Made by a program: the position numbers and the translations under genes. Positions 39,037 to 47,991 of a DNA stretch of 64,000 nucleotides are shown here, piece after piece (position 1 is the stretch's first letter; every line of letters starts with the position of its first letter). Source of the DNA: a virus. Lineage: Duplodnaviria; Caudoviricetes. The stretch is taken from the IMG/VR virus record IMGVR_UViG_3300025789_000018; one strand, given 5' to 3'. The notes below the pieces were generated by a model that saw only the letters and a list, made by a program, of their open reading frames with translations, had not been told where the DNA came from and made no database searches.

Positions 39037-40863
39037 TTAAAACGAAAGAGTCAAATTAATATTTTCGGTTTGCGTGTTTGATCTTGTGATTGGTGTAATG
39101 TTTTCAACATAAAGGATGTCACCACTACCTTGAATAATATCAGGAAGCGTTTCACTATATATGCTGAAATTCGCTTGACTTTTCGCACCAATTAATGAAG
39201 ACCCAACTGGAAACAGACCCATTTTGTTTGTAACTACAGCTGTTGTGCTATTAGAAAATAGGCAAACTGCGGTATTTCCTGAAGAAGAATTTGCTCCAAT
39301 ATAAACAATTTCACCATTTGAGAATCCTTGCGAGAGGAATGCTCCAGTATACGTATATGTTTGGTTGAAGGTAGTAAAGCCTACAGAACCTTTATTTCTT
39401 CCTGAAATGACAGCGTTTGCTGTCAAATACGTATTTACCCCAGAAGTGCTTCCGTAAATAGAGTTAGAAGTACTGTTTCCTGTTACAAATTTTCCATTAA
39501 CATTCGTTAAATACAGCGCACCATTAATTGTATCAAAAGAAACGATTTTACCGAAAGCTCCAGTTGCTGGCTGGGTTACATTTTCTCCACGAACAAAATT
39601 GCTAATACTTGACACATCGACATAGACGTTTGCAAATTGAGGATCTCTTACGATGCCTACTGTTCTATATGTACCTGATGCGTAAATTGTATTGCTTATA
39701 CTATTAGCAAACTTTGCGCTTACTGAAACGTATTTGGCATTAAGCTCTTCAATAGGATTAGCCCCATGGCCTTGTATTGGGCTGATTACAGCCGCTACTA
39801 CAGCAGAATTAGAAATCCCAACAATAGGCGCAGAATAAACAGATGCAACAGCAGAGCTATAACCTTGTCCTTGAGAAAGTATGGTGATATTGTTAATTGC
39901 TGTCGATGAAGAATTTACAACAGCAATAGCATATGCGTTTGATGTTTGATATCCATCACCAGTAATTACAACTTTAGGACCAACAACAAATGTATCATTC
40001 GGTTGGGCTAAATTCTGTAAAGAATTGACTAGAGTAATTATAACTCCGCCATATGTTGGATTATAAACAGAACTTGCAATTTCAGCATAACTACCAACAG
40101 AAGAGCCACCATTCATGTATAGGTAGCATCCTTGATAGTAGTTTGTTGTTGTGTTTGCAGTGCTAGGTAGCATATACTGGATTGGATTGCGGCTGTTTGT
40201 TCCAGTAAAATAGATTTGATTATACGATAAAGTTCCTGTTAGATAATTATTATATCCGGATCCACCATTCGATATTTTTATTTTGTTAATTGTTCCAGGA
40301 ATAGCCGCAGAAACAACTGAAGTGTTAGCGATAACAGGAATGTAGTTTGTTGTGGCAAAGGTACTGAATGCAGTAGAGCTTATGCTGAACATGTATTTCC
40401 AATTATAACCATCGCTTGTGAAATAGAAATTTCCAAGAGAAGCAGCTTGAGATTTAACTGGAGTTACTGTCGATGCTGCGCCGTTATTATTGTCCAAACA
40501 TTTGAATACGTCGTAGTATGAACCGTTTTGAACACCAACATAAAATTGAGATGAATACAATGAAGAATTAGTATCATCATATGGCGTATATACTGTACCC
40601 GAGGCCCAGTCATATCTATTCACTGCTAAGTTTACGTTTGTTGAGTTTAATTTGACTCCAAACAACATATCTTGCCAATAATTGTGTCTTGTTGTTTGAA
40701 TATTATCAACTGGAGTATCAATTACAGTATCACCCTGAGAAAACGGAGTAGGCTTACCTGCGAAAACATAATACGTTGAATTTGATGTAGAAACGCTATT
40801 TGCAAATTCCATTGCATTGTGCATTCTATACAAATTCGTAATTGTTTGAATATATGAAGCCAT
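39037..40863 (-). CDS. 8: Baseplate wedge subunit, gp8-like
   Basis: YYVFAGKPTPF, RYDWASGTVY, VFKCLDNN, DGYNWKYMFSI, ILYVENITPITR. Confidence 0.85.
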   Translation of the reverse strand: MASYIQTITNLYRMHNAMEFANSVSTSNSTYYVFAGKPTPFSQGDTVIDTPVDNIQTTRHNYWQDMLFGVKLNSTNVNLAVNRYDWASGTVYTPYDDTNSSLYSSQFYVGVQNGSYYDVFKCLDNNNGAASTVTPVKSQAASLGNFYFTSDGYNWKYMFSISSTAFSTFATTNYIPVIANTSVVSAAIPGTINKIKISNGGSGYNNYLTGTLSYNQIYFTGTNSRNPIQYMLPSTANTTTNYYQGCYLYMNGGSSVGSYAEIASSVYNPTYGGVIITLVNSLQNLAQPNDTFVVGPKVVITGDGYQTSNAYAIAVVNSSSTAINNITILSQGQGYSSAVASVYSAPIVGISNSAVVAAVISPIQGHGANPIEELNAKYVSVSAKFANSISNTIYASGTYRTVGIVRDPQFANVYVDVSSISNFVRGENVTQPATGAFGKIVSFDTINGALYLTNVNGKFVTGNSTSNSIYGSTSGVNTYLTANAVISGRNKGSVGFTTFNQTYTYTGAFLSQGFSNGEIVYIGANSSSGNTAVCLFSNSTTAVVTNKMGLFPVGSSLIGAKSQANFSIYSETLPDIIQGSGDILYVENITPITRSNTQTENINLTLSF

Positions 40864-40890
40864 TATTAATCCCAGTTTAATTTATTATAT

Positions 40891-43713
40891 TTATGATAGT
40901 GTAATAGAAGGAACCCCTGCACCCGAGTATTGGCCGATATCGATAGAAGCAGTTTTGTGCACAGAACCAAACATCTGGGTTCCTGCAATATGCACTACTT
41001 TCTTTACAACATCAGAATAAACACTCAAATCCAAAGAACTCTGTATCTCATAAGAAAATGGTTGGTAATAATACCCATCCTGTACATATTGATTACTATC
41101 CAAAAAGCTATTATTATATTTATAATATCCTAGCGACTTTCCTTGCGTAGATGTTACGACAGAAGCAACCCCAACTGCAGAAGCATTAGATTCGCTTACA
41201 AAATTGACTAAAGCAGTATTTGTATATCCGAATCCAGAATCAATTAATGTAAGCTGTGTTACTGAGCCGTTTCCTGTTTGTATGGCAGAAGTGATTACTG
41301 CATTAAGACCCGAAATTTGTCTATTTGGATTTGATGCAACCGTATAGATCTGGAAAGAAGATCCCTGTGTGTTATTTGTAAGAGGTATAGAGCTATTGGC
41401 AACAAATGACTGCTGTGCAGATAATCTCTCCACATAGATTGTGTTTCCTGATCCTGCAGTAACAACACCTTTAGCTACAAAAGCATAAGCCGTTGAATTT
41501 ATTGTACTAACTGTCGCAGCATTCTTCGTAGAATTGTCGTATAATATAAACGACGAGTTTGTTGTAAATCCGCCACTAGTTGTCTTTATTGCAATATGTG
41601 TTGTATCAGGAATATCAATAATAACGCCGTTCGCGCATGTGTATGATCCATTACTTTGATACACTGCTCGACTGTATCCAAATCCAGTTGTTCCATTTAC
41701 TGCAAGAGTTACAGAGTTTGTGGCCGCCACGTTTTGGTAAAGATAATCACCAACCTTAAATGCAGAAGCTGCAGCATTAACAGACATAATATAATCTTTT
41801 TCGTATAATTGCGTAACACCAGTATTAGCTTGCGCAAGAACGAAAGGAGGATACGAATATGAATACCCAGGACTTGTTGTTTGTATTTGAGTAATAAACC
41901 CAACAGAGTTAGAATATTTACCAAAAGCTAAAGCAGTAGAAATACTATAATTTGTTGCATTAGTTGATGCATTTGCAGGGAATGCATATGCAGCAGCATT
42001 CAATTTTGTATTTGCATAGGTTGCTATTGAGTCAGTAGCAACCCAGAAATTAGAATCTGTATTTGTTACGCTAACAATCTTTACGTTAGAAGATTGGCCA
42101 TACATTACAGCATTGACTGTAGCTATGGTCGCTACGTTTGGTGCAAAAGAAACGCTGTTTGATGTAGAGTTTGCATAAAAGGTTATGTTTGCTCCACCAG
42201 AAGATGAAGACAATGAAAACCCACTAGTATTTACGTATGTTGCATAATATGTGGTGCCGTTAGCTAATCCACCAATTGCAGTAGCTCCAACACTGTTGGT
42301 GTAAAATAATGCTTGACCATTAGAATATGGATTAGCAGCAAGAATTCTAGCACTAGATGTTCCTGAGTTAGAAACTGCTGAATTCGCATTTATCAATAAT
42401 GGAGGATTATATCCAACAACTTTTGTAAATTGTGTTGCATTAATCGAATCAGAAAGATTGTTGATACCCACATACATGTTATAACTGGCCAGCGTCGCTG
42501 TTGCGCCAGAAGAAAGACCTTTCACTGTCTGCCCTGTAATAAACACTCCAGAACGCTTGGTTGTAGTTAATACTTGTGTGGTTGCATTTGCTGTTGAGGA
42601 ATAAGAAAGAACCGCTGTTGCGTTTCCACCAACACTCAATGATTCTTGAGCAGAAAATGTTCCGTTTACATTATTTACATACAATATAGTGTTAGAAGAT
42701 ACGCCCACAGCATTCGCCGTTATCGTCCCACCTGTAGAATTAGAAAAAGTAAGTTTCTCTAATGGACCATAAGGAGCAATGTTCAATGTAGTATTATTGA
42801 CTTGAACATTTGTCAAAAATACAACATTGCTTGATACAATAAGATTAGAAGTAATAGCGTTATAGCCAAATCCTCCATCAGTTAATGTATATGTCGTAGT
42901 TCCTGATATATTAGAAATATTAGCAACAACAGCTTTACCTCCAGAACCACTAAATGTAGTTTGTTGTGGAATTAAGTCAACGATATTTCCTACGCTGAAC
43001 CCCGCGCCGCCGCTCACAATCTGTAGGCTTGTTGCAGAACCGACAACAGTAGGAACGTTACTTGTTACAGGATTAGAAGCAAGAGTAACAAGTTCTCCAG
43101 TAACAAAGTTGTTTTTGATATTCGATAGATAAAAAATATTCACATACTTAGAGCTAACACCGCCTGTTACGACACTGTCCACAAAAGCTGTAGCGCCAGA
43201 ATTAACACCAACAATTTCTTGTCCGACATACTGATTCAAATTAGGAACATATGTCACTTCTAGATACTGAGGGACCACCCATTTGTTGTCTGAAGTTTTA
43301 AAGACATTTTGTCCAGGATAGTATAATGTAACATCTTCAGCAAATAACAGTTTGAATAGAAGCTGAATAGCTCTCGGCGATCCCTTTGTTCTATAAAGAT
43401 CAAGAACTCTTTTTACAACAAGACGCTTATCTGTTTCTGTATTAAACTGCATACCTTGAAGATATGTGTTTTTGAAATATACCAGAAACTGATCAACAGT
43501 ATTGTCAATATCAGAGTAATCAAGCAATCTTCTTGAATTATAAAGGGTTTGTCCACCAGTTTGTGTGGTTCCTGTAGAATCTACCCACGAATTTAATTCT
43601 AGCCATTCATAATATGCTTGAACGAATGCAATAAGCATCGGCCCTTCAGACTTATAGAAAGAAGGGAATTGGTTCTGAATTAAATTCGATATGTAAAGTT
43701 CTACGTTTTCCAT
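40891..43713 (-). CDS. Baseplate wedge initiator, gp7-like
   Basis: IQNQFPSFY...FVQAYYEWLE, LYRTKGS...LLFKLLF, YYYQPFSYEIQS, VVHIAGTQMFG. Confidence 0.8.
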   Translation of the reverse strand: MENVELYISNLIQNQFPSFYKSEGPMLIAFVQAYYEWLELNSWVDSTGTTQTGGQTLYNSRRLLDYSDIDNTVDQFLVYFKNTYLQGMQFNTETDKRLVVKRVLDLYRTKGSPRAIQLLFKLLFAEDVTLYYPGQNVFKTSDNKWVVPQYLEVTYVPNLNQYVGQEIVGVNSGATAFVDSVVTGGVSSKYVNIFYLSNIKNNFVTGELVTLASNPVTSNVPTVVGSATSLQIVSGGAGFSVGNIVDLIPQQTTFSGSGGKAVVANISNISGTTTYTLTDGGFGYNAITSNLIVSSNVVFLTNVQVNNTTLNIAPYGPLEKLTFSNSTGGTITANAVGVSSNTILYVNNVNGTFSAQESLSVGGNATAVLSYSSTANATTQVLTTTKRSGVFITGQTVKGLSSGATATLASYNMYVGINNLSDSINATQFTKVVGYNPPLLINANSAVSNSGTSSARILAANPYSNGQALFYTNSVGATAIGGLANGTTYYATYVNTSGFSLSSSSGGANITFYANSTSNSVSFAPNVATIATVNAVMYGQSSNVKIVSVTNTDSNFWVATDSIATYANTKLNAAAYAFPANASTNATNYSISTALAFGKYSNSVGFITQIQTTSPGYSYSYPPFVLAQANTGVTQLYEKDYIMSVNAAASAFKVGDYLYQNVAATNSVTLAVNGTTGFGYSRAVYQSNGSYTCANGVIIDIPDTTHIAIKTTSGGFTTNSSFILYDNSTKNAATVSTINSTAYAFVAKGVVTAGSGNTIYVERLSAQQSFVANSSIPLTNNTQGSSFQIYTVASNPNRQISGLNAVITSAIQTGNGSVTQLTLIDSGFGYTNTALVNFVSESNASAVGVASVVTSTQGKSLGYYKYNNSFLDSNQYVQDGYYYQPFSYEIQSSLDLSVYSDVVKKVVHIAGTQMFGSVHKTASIDIGQYSGAGVPSITLS

Positions 43714-45512
43714 TAAATTCTAACTTGATTTACAGTGAGATTAATCTCATCATTAGCGATAGTCAAAATAGTATTTTGTGTTGAAGCAAAATCTTTATTT
43801 CTTGGCGTAGCGTAAATTCTAATACTGTCACCAAAATACGAAGAAACAATCAAATTCGTAATTGTAACAACACCAGTATCATAGTTCACAGTACCTACAT
43901 TCTGTAAAGTATAGTGAAGACCGTTAGAAGAAGTAACTAGCCTGATATTGCCCTGAGAGTCATCTTCTAGTTCTACAAACTTGCCTTCATATAAGAATTT
44001 GCTTGAACTTACAGCATGGATTTGTGATGCTCCATGTATTAAAGGGATCGGTGGAACCGTATTTTCTAATTCTGTATTAAAGTTGACTGTAAAATTCTGA
44101 GGTATTCCGTTTGTTGTTGGATTTACCTTAATGAACATGTCAACATCAGTTTCATTGCTTACGATGCTTGAAGTTGTAGCGTCTATAGCTTCAACAATTT
44201 TACTGTAGTGCAGAGTTGTTTTGAAATCGTTCAAATACGTTGTGTTGTATGTTTGCACTGCTGATGCAACTAGAGTAGAAATGTCATTTGGAGACAATGC
44301 TGTCATATTGATATTGTAATTTACCGTCGATTTAACTCTAACATACAGATAATTTGGTAGAACAAATACTGGAGTTATCGTAGTCGGAGCTCTTGCTGAA
44401 ATATAGTTTCCGTATTCAGTCTGTTTTGTATCAGGAATGCCTGCATAATTTTTAATAGCCAGAGATATGAATACTTTGCCGTATTGTGGTGGAGTTAGTG
44501 TTTCGCCACCATAAACTGAAATAGCAGAAATTTCAGGGAACTTGCTCTTCAATAGAGTTTCATAATCTGTTTGTGTTATTGCTCTGTCTTGTGTTGCATA
44601 AGACAGAGGAGCATAATATTGAATGCTTTCTGTTGATTCACTAATAGAACCGCCTTGCGCTGCTTGGTTAACAGTAACTGTTACATTTTGCTGGCCGTTA
44701 ATTGGCGCATCAAGGCTGAATGTCGAAACGCCGTTTGGTAGTTCGCCATTTGGTATTCTATATTCTGCAATAATCACAGCACCATCAGCAGGCTTTCTGC
44801 CGATATTATTATCACCAAAATAGAATTGATATTTGTTGTTTTCAGTTCCTTGCAAGAAGAATACTGGTGATGTATTTTTGACATCTAGAAGAGAAGAAGA
44901 GAATGTATATGAAATCAGATTCGCGCCATTATTTTCTGCTGAAATCAGAGTCAGAGACGAAATATCAATTTTTGGATCAGAAAGAACGAATTTCTGAGGC
45001 TCAAGCGAATAATTTACGTTGAATGTTTCTGTTACGTATTGACCTTCATAAATCGAAAGATTGTTGGCAAAGAAATTGCCGGTAACTGGATCTTGCGTAA
45101 TTGTGGTCATTTCATCAGTAACAAATGTATAATTGTTTGCACCAAACTTACCTGTAAAAGATGTACCTTTAGGTATAGCCAGAACTGCACTTGTATAATT
45201 CGATGGCGAAATAGTAAGATTGATATTTGCTACTGCAGATCGGAAAGAACTTGGAAGATAATTTAGTTCTTTAGCTCTAAGAACAGCAGAGTCTCTTTGC
45301 TGCGCTGTACTCAGGAACATTTCTGAACCGACCATGTTTAGATAGAAATTATTCAGATAGGTGTTATATGCAAGAATGTCTAGAATGACACTCATGTTAC
45401 TTCCATCAAAATCATAATCCTGAAACGTCGACTGCGAACGCAGATACATTTTGAGATTGTTTTTAATATCATCAAAATCCATTGCAGTCAAATTGATATT
45501 TGGTGTAGCCAT
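43713..45512 (-). CDS. 6: Baseplate wedge subunit, T4 gp6
   Basis: DFDDIKNNLKMYL, DYDFDGSNMSVILDILAYNT, QDRAITQTDY, PPQYGKVFI. Confidence 0.95.
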   Translation of the reverse strand: MATPNINLTAMDFDDIKNNLKMYLRSQSTFQDYDFDGSNMSVILDILAYNTYLNNFYLNMVGSEMFLSTAQQRDSAVLRAKELNYLPSSFRSAVANINLTISPSNYTSAVLAIPKGTSFTGKFGANNYTFVTDEMTTITQDPVTGNFFANNLSIYEGQYVTETFNVNYSLEPQKFVLSDPKIDISSLTLISAENNGANLISYTFSSSLLDVKNTSPVFFLQGTENNKYQFYFGDNNIGRKPADGAVIIAEYRIPNGELPNGVSTFSLDAPINGQQNVTVTVNQAAQGGSISESTESIQYYAPLSYATQDRAITQTDYETLLKSKFPEISAISVYGGETLTPPQYGKVFISLAIKNYAGIPDTKQTEYGNYISARAPTTITPVFVLPNYLYVRVKSTVNYNINMTALSPNDISTLVASAVQTYNTTYLNDFKTTLHYSKIVEAIDATTSSIVSNETDVDMFIKVNPTTNGIPQNFTVNFNTELENTVPPIPLIHGASQIHAVSSSKFLYEGKFVELEDDSQGNIRLVTSSNGLHYTLQNVGTVNYDTGVVTITNLIVSSYFGDSIRIYATPRNKDFASTQNTILTIANDEINLTVNQVRI

Positions 45513-45513
45513 A

Positions 45514-45939
45514 TTATCTTACTCTATACAGGGTTGTCTGAAACGTTACAGGAGCACTATTATTTATTATATAGAATACGATAGATATAAAATATGCATT
45601 ATCATCAGGATATGGAGTGGCCGTAACACTTAATACTTTTGCTCTTGGTTCGTGATTTTTTAATGTTTCTGATATTGCATCTTGTATAGCATTTGTTGTA
45701 ATAGCATCAATTGGCTCAAACAGCAGATTATTAATTTTAGATCCTAAAGTCGGATTAAATAATCTTTCATATTTTCCAGTAGAAAGAAGATTTCTAATAG
45801 AACGCTTAACCGCATTTTCGTTTACATATCTGGCCAAATCTTTTTTAAACGGATGTGGATCAAAATTGGTGAGAAAATCACTATAATATTCTGATTCTTT
45901 ATTTACTGTTGAATAGTTGTTTTGGTTGAATTGGGCCAT
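45514..45939 (-). CDS. 25: Baseplate wedge subunit, T4 gp25
   Basis: AVKRSIRNLLST...ERLFNPTLGS...LLFEP...HEPRAKV. Confidence 0.93.
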   Translation of the reverse strand: MAQFNQNNYSTVNKESEYYSDFLTNFDPHPFKKDLARYVNENAVKRSIRNLLSTGKYERLFNPTLGSKINNLLFEPIDAITTNAIQDAISETLKNHEPRAKVLSVTATPYPDDNAYFISIVFYIINNSAPVTFQTTLYRVR

Positions 45940-45960
45940 CTATTCCTCTTTTATCTTTAT

Positions 45961-47973
45961 TTATGTCGTAGGTAGACCTAGTATACCCGCAAGTTCTTGG
46001 TTATATGTAGTAGATAACGGTCCTCCAGCTTGACCGAAATCTAACCAGATCATAACACCTAACATACCAAGCGCCAAATAGCTTCTTATTGTTGTGATAT
46101 CAGTTGAGCTAAAAGATTCGCCGGTTGAAGTTGACATACTACAGGTCATCAGAAGTTTACTGTAATTAATTTGTTGATCTCCGTTCGGCCCTTTTAGTAA
46201 ATTAAATTGATTTGCCAATGATGATGCAAGATTACCTTCAATATTGTTTTGCCAGGCAACCGGGCATAAAAATAGATTTGGAGTCTGGTGTATTTGATAA
46301 AGATTTGTTATGTCAAATCCAGTATTTTTAGCTCCAGAACCATTAAATGGATTTGGGTACACAACAAACTCTGCCGGACGATATGGGTTGTTTGCGCAGA
46401 TATTTGCAAGATTCTGTAGTTGTGTTAGCAGAGTCGCTGGCGTTCTACCATCTTGTGCTTCGCTATCTAAAACAATACCTCCGGGAGTTTTGGCATCATA
46501 TAATCTACTATCTGGTAGTATTATTTTGTCTAGACACGAATATGTTTTTTCGTTTAATGATCTTGATTTATAATAGTTAGAAAATACAGAAGATCTATTT
46601 ACATAGGCATACTGCCATGTATACACATCAGTATCAGGAATACCTGCAGCGTTTGCAGCATCTAGATAACCCATTGTCAGATATGTTGGAGAAGAAACAT
46701 GAGCAGGGTATCCGAGAGAATATCTAATAGAAACTTCAACTGCAGCAATTGCCTTTGCTATTGTTGAGTATCTTGCTCTACATGGAAGTGTTCCGTACCC
46801 CGCTGTAGTAGTAATTGCAGCTATCGTTGTACCGTTATGTCTTCCTGGCGGAATTAGATTAGTTCTATCATTAAAAACATGTCCTGTATTAGTTAAAGTC
46901 TCGTATGACCTATAGTGCCAAATCCAATGATGCCCTTTAATTGATGACGAAGTAATACTTGGCTGTAACTGATCTACCGCTTGTGTCGCAGCATCTGTTA
47001 CTGGATAAAATCCATAAGAAGTATTTGTTAGTGCATCTGATGTTGGAGGTGGATTTTGCTGATATACTCTAAAATTACTACCGTTGACACTTTTCACTGT
47101 AACGATTGTGTTATTCGTGAAATATCCAGGAAGAACTGATCTTGGAGGACCAGGAGGCGCAGGATTATTATCAATACTTCCTGAAGAAATTAAATACTCT
47201 TTACATATTATGTAGAGAGAAGTCATCTGTCTAACTGTAGGACGAGCGCCAAATCCACACAAGGCTATTAAATTATTAGAATAAAAATTTCCAGATATTC
47301 CGGATCTAAGTATTGCAACATTGCTGTTTGCTGGACTGTAATTTGCTCCTGATCCGTTTAAACTACCAGAACCTAATGGCTGGTAAAAATATGTCGATCC
47401 TGCAAGAGATTTTGACCAGGCTGTAAATCCATTTGCGTTTGCATTAGGTAGAAACCCTTGGTCATAATTTGTATAATAATAAGAATCCCCACCATTATCT
47501 GCAACAATACCAGATTGGTAAACCCCATCATCAGCTCCAATATCAAAAGCTGGTCCTTGGTTATCAGTTAAAGACCACATAAACATTAAAGAACCATTTG
47601 ATCCATTTCCATAATGTAATCCCGAAGATGTTCTTAGATTACAATTTGTGTCAATCCAAATACTAGAGCCGTCTCCTTGAATACCATAACCTGGATTAAA
47701 TCCTGCTTGGTTTGTTGTATGTATAGTGCAATCAAAATTTGGTTGTACTAAGTTATAACCAAGAGAGCCATATTCATTAGTGTTAAAGACATACAAGGCA
47801 TCTAATAGCGACCAAACACCAACACTTTTTAACGAAGTAATAAAAGTATTTAAGGCTTTTGTTTCATCTAAAGAAGGTTGTTGTGTGCATCTAGCAAGAT
47901 AAAGATTCAGTTCTTTGTTTAACCCAGAGCTGTTATTATTGTCTAATTTTGCTAAACCTGCTTGTATTGTCAT
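45961..47973 (-). CDS. Putative tail-associated protein with lectin-like and possible glycan-processing domains
   Basis: Aromatic/Gly/Asn-rich N-terminal beta region, PPGPP linker, C-terminal alpha/beta region with IVLDSE; lies among baseplate genes; function inferred. Confidence 0.45.
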   Translation of the reverse strand: MTIQAGLAKLDNNNSSGLNKELNLYLARCTQQPSLDETKALNTFITSLKSVGVWSLLDALYVFNTNEYGSLGYNLVQPNFDCTIHTTNQAGFNPGYGIQGDGSSIWIDTNCNLRTSSGLHYGNGSNGSLMFMWSLTDNQGPAFDIGADDGVYQSGIVADNGGDSYYYTNYDQGFLPNANANGFTAWSKSLAGSTYFYQPLGSGSLNGSGANYSPANSNVAILRSGISGNFYSNNLIALCGFGARPTVRQMTSLYIICKEYLISSGSIDNNPAPPGPPRSVLPGYFTNNTIVTVKSVNGSNFRVYQQNPPPTSDALTNTSYGFYPVTDAATQAVDQLQPSITSSSIKGHHWIWHYRSYETLTNTGHVFNDRTNLIPPGRHNGTTIAAITTTAGYGTLPCRARYSTIAKAIAAVEVSIRYSLGYPAHVSSPTYLTMGYLDAANAAGIPDTDVYTWQYAYVNRSSVFSNYYKSRSLNEKTYSCLDKIILPDSRLYDAKTPGGIVLDSEAQDGRTPATLLTQLQNLANICANNPYRPAEFVVYPNPFNGSGAKNTGFDITNLYQIHQTPNLFLCPVAWQNNIEGNLASSLANQFNLLKGPNGDQQINYSKLLMTCSMSTSTGESFSSTDITTIRSYLALGMLGVMIWLDFGQAGGPLSTTYNQELAGILGLPTT

Positions 47974-47991
47974 TGTACTTCCTTTAAACTC

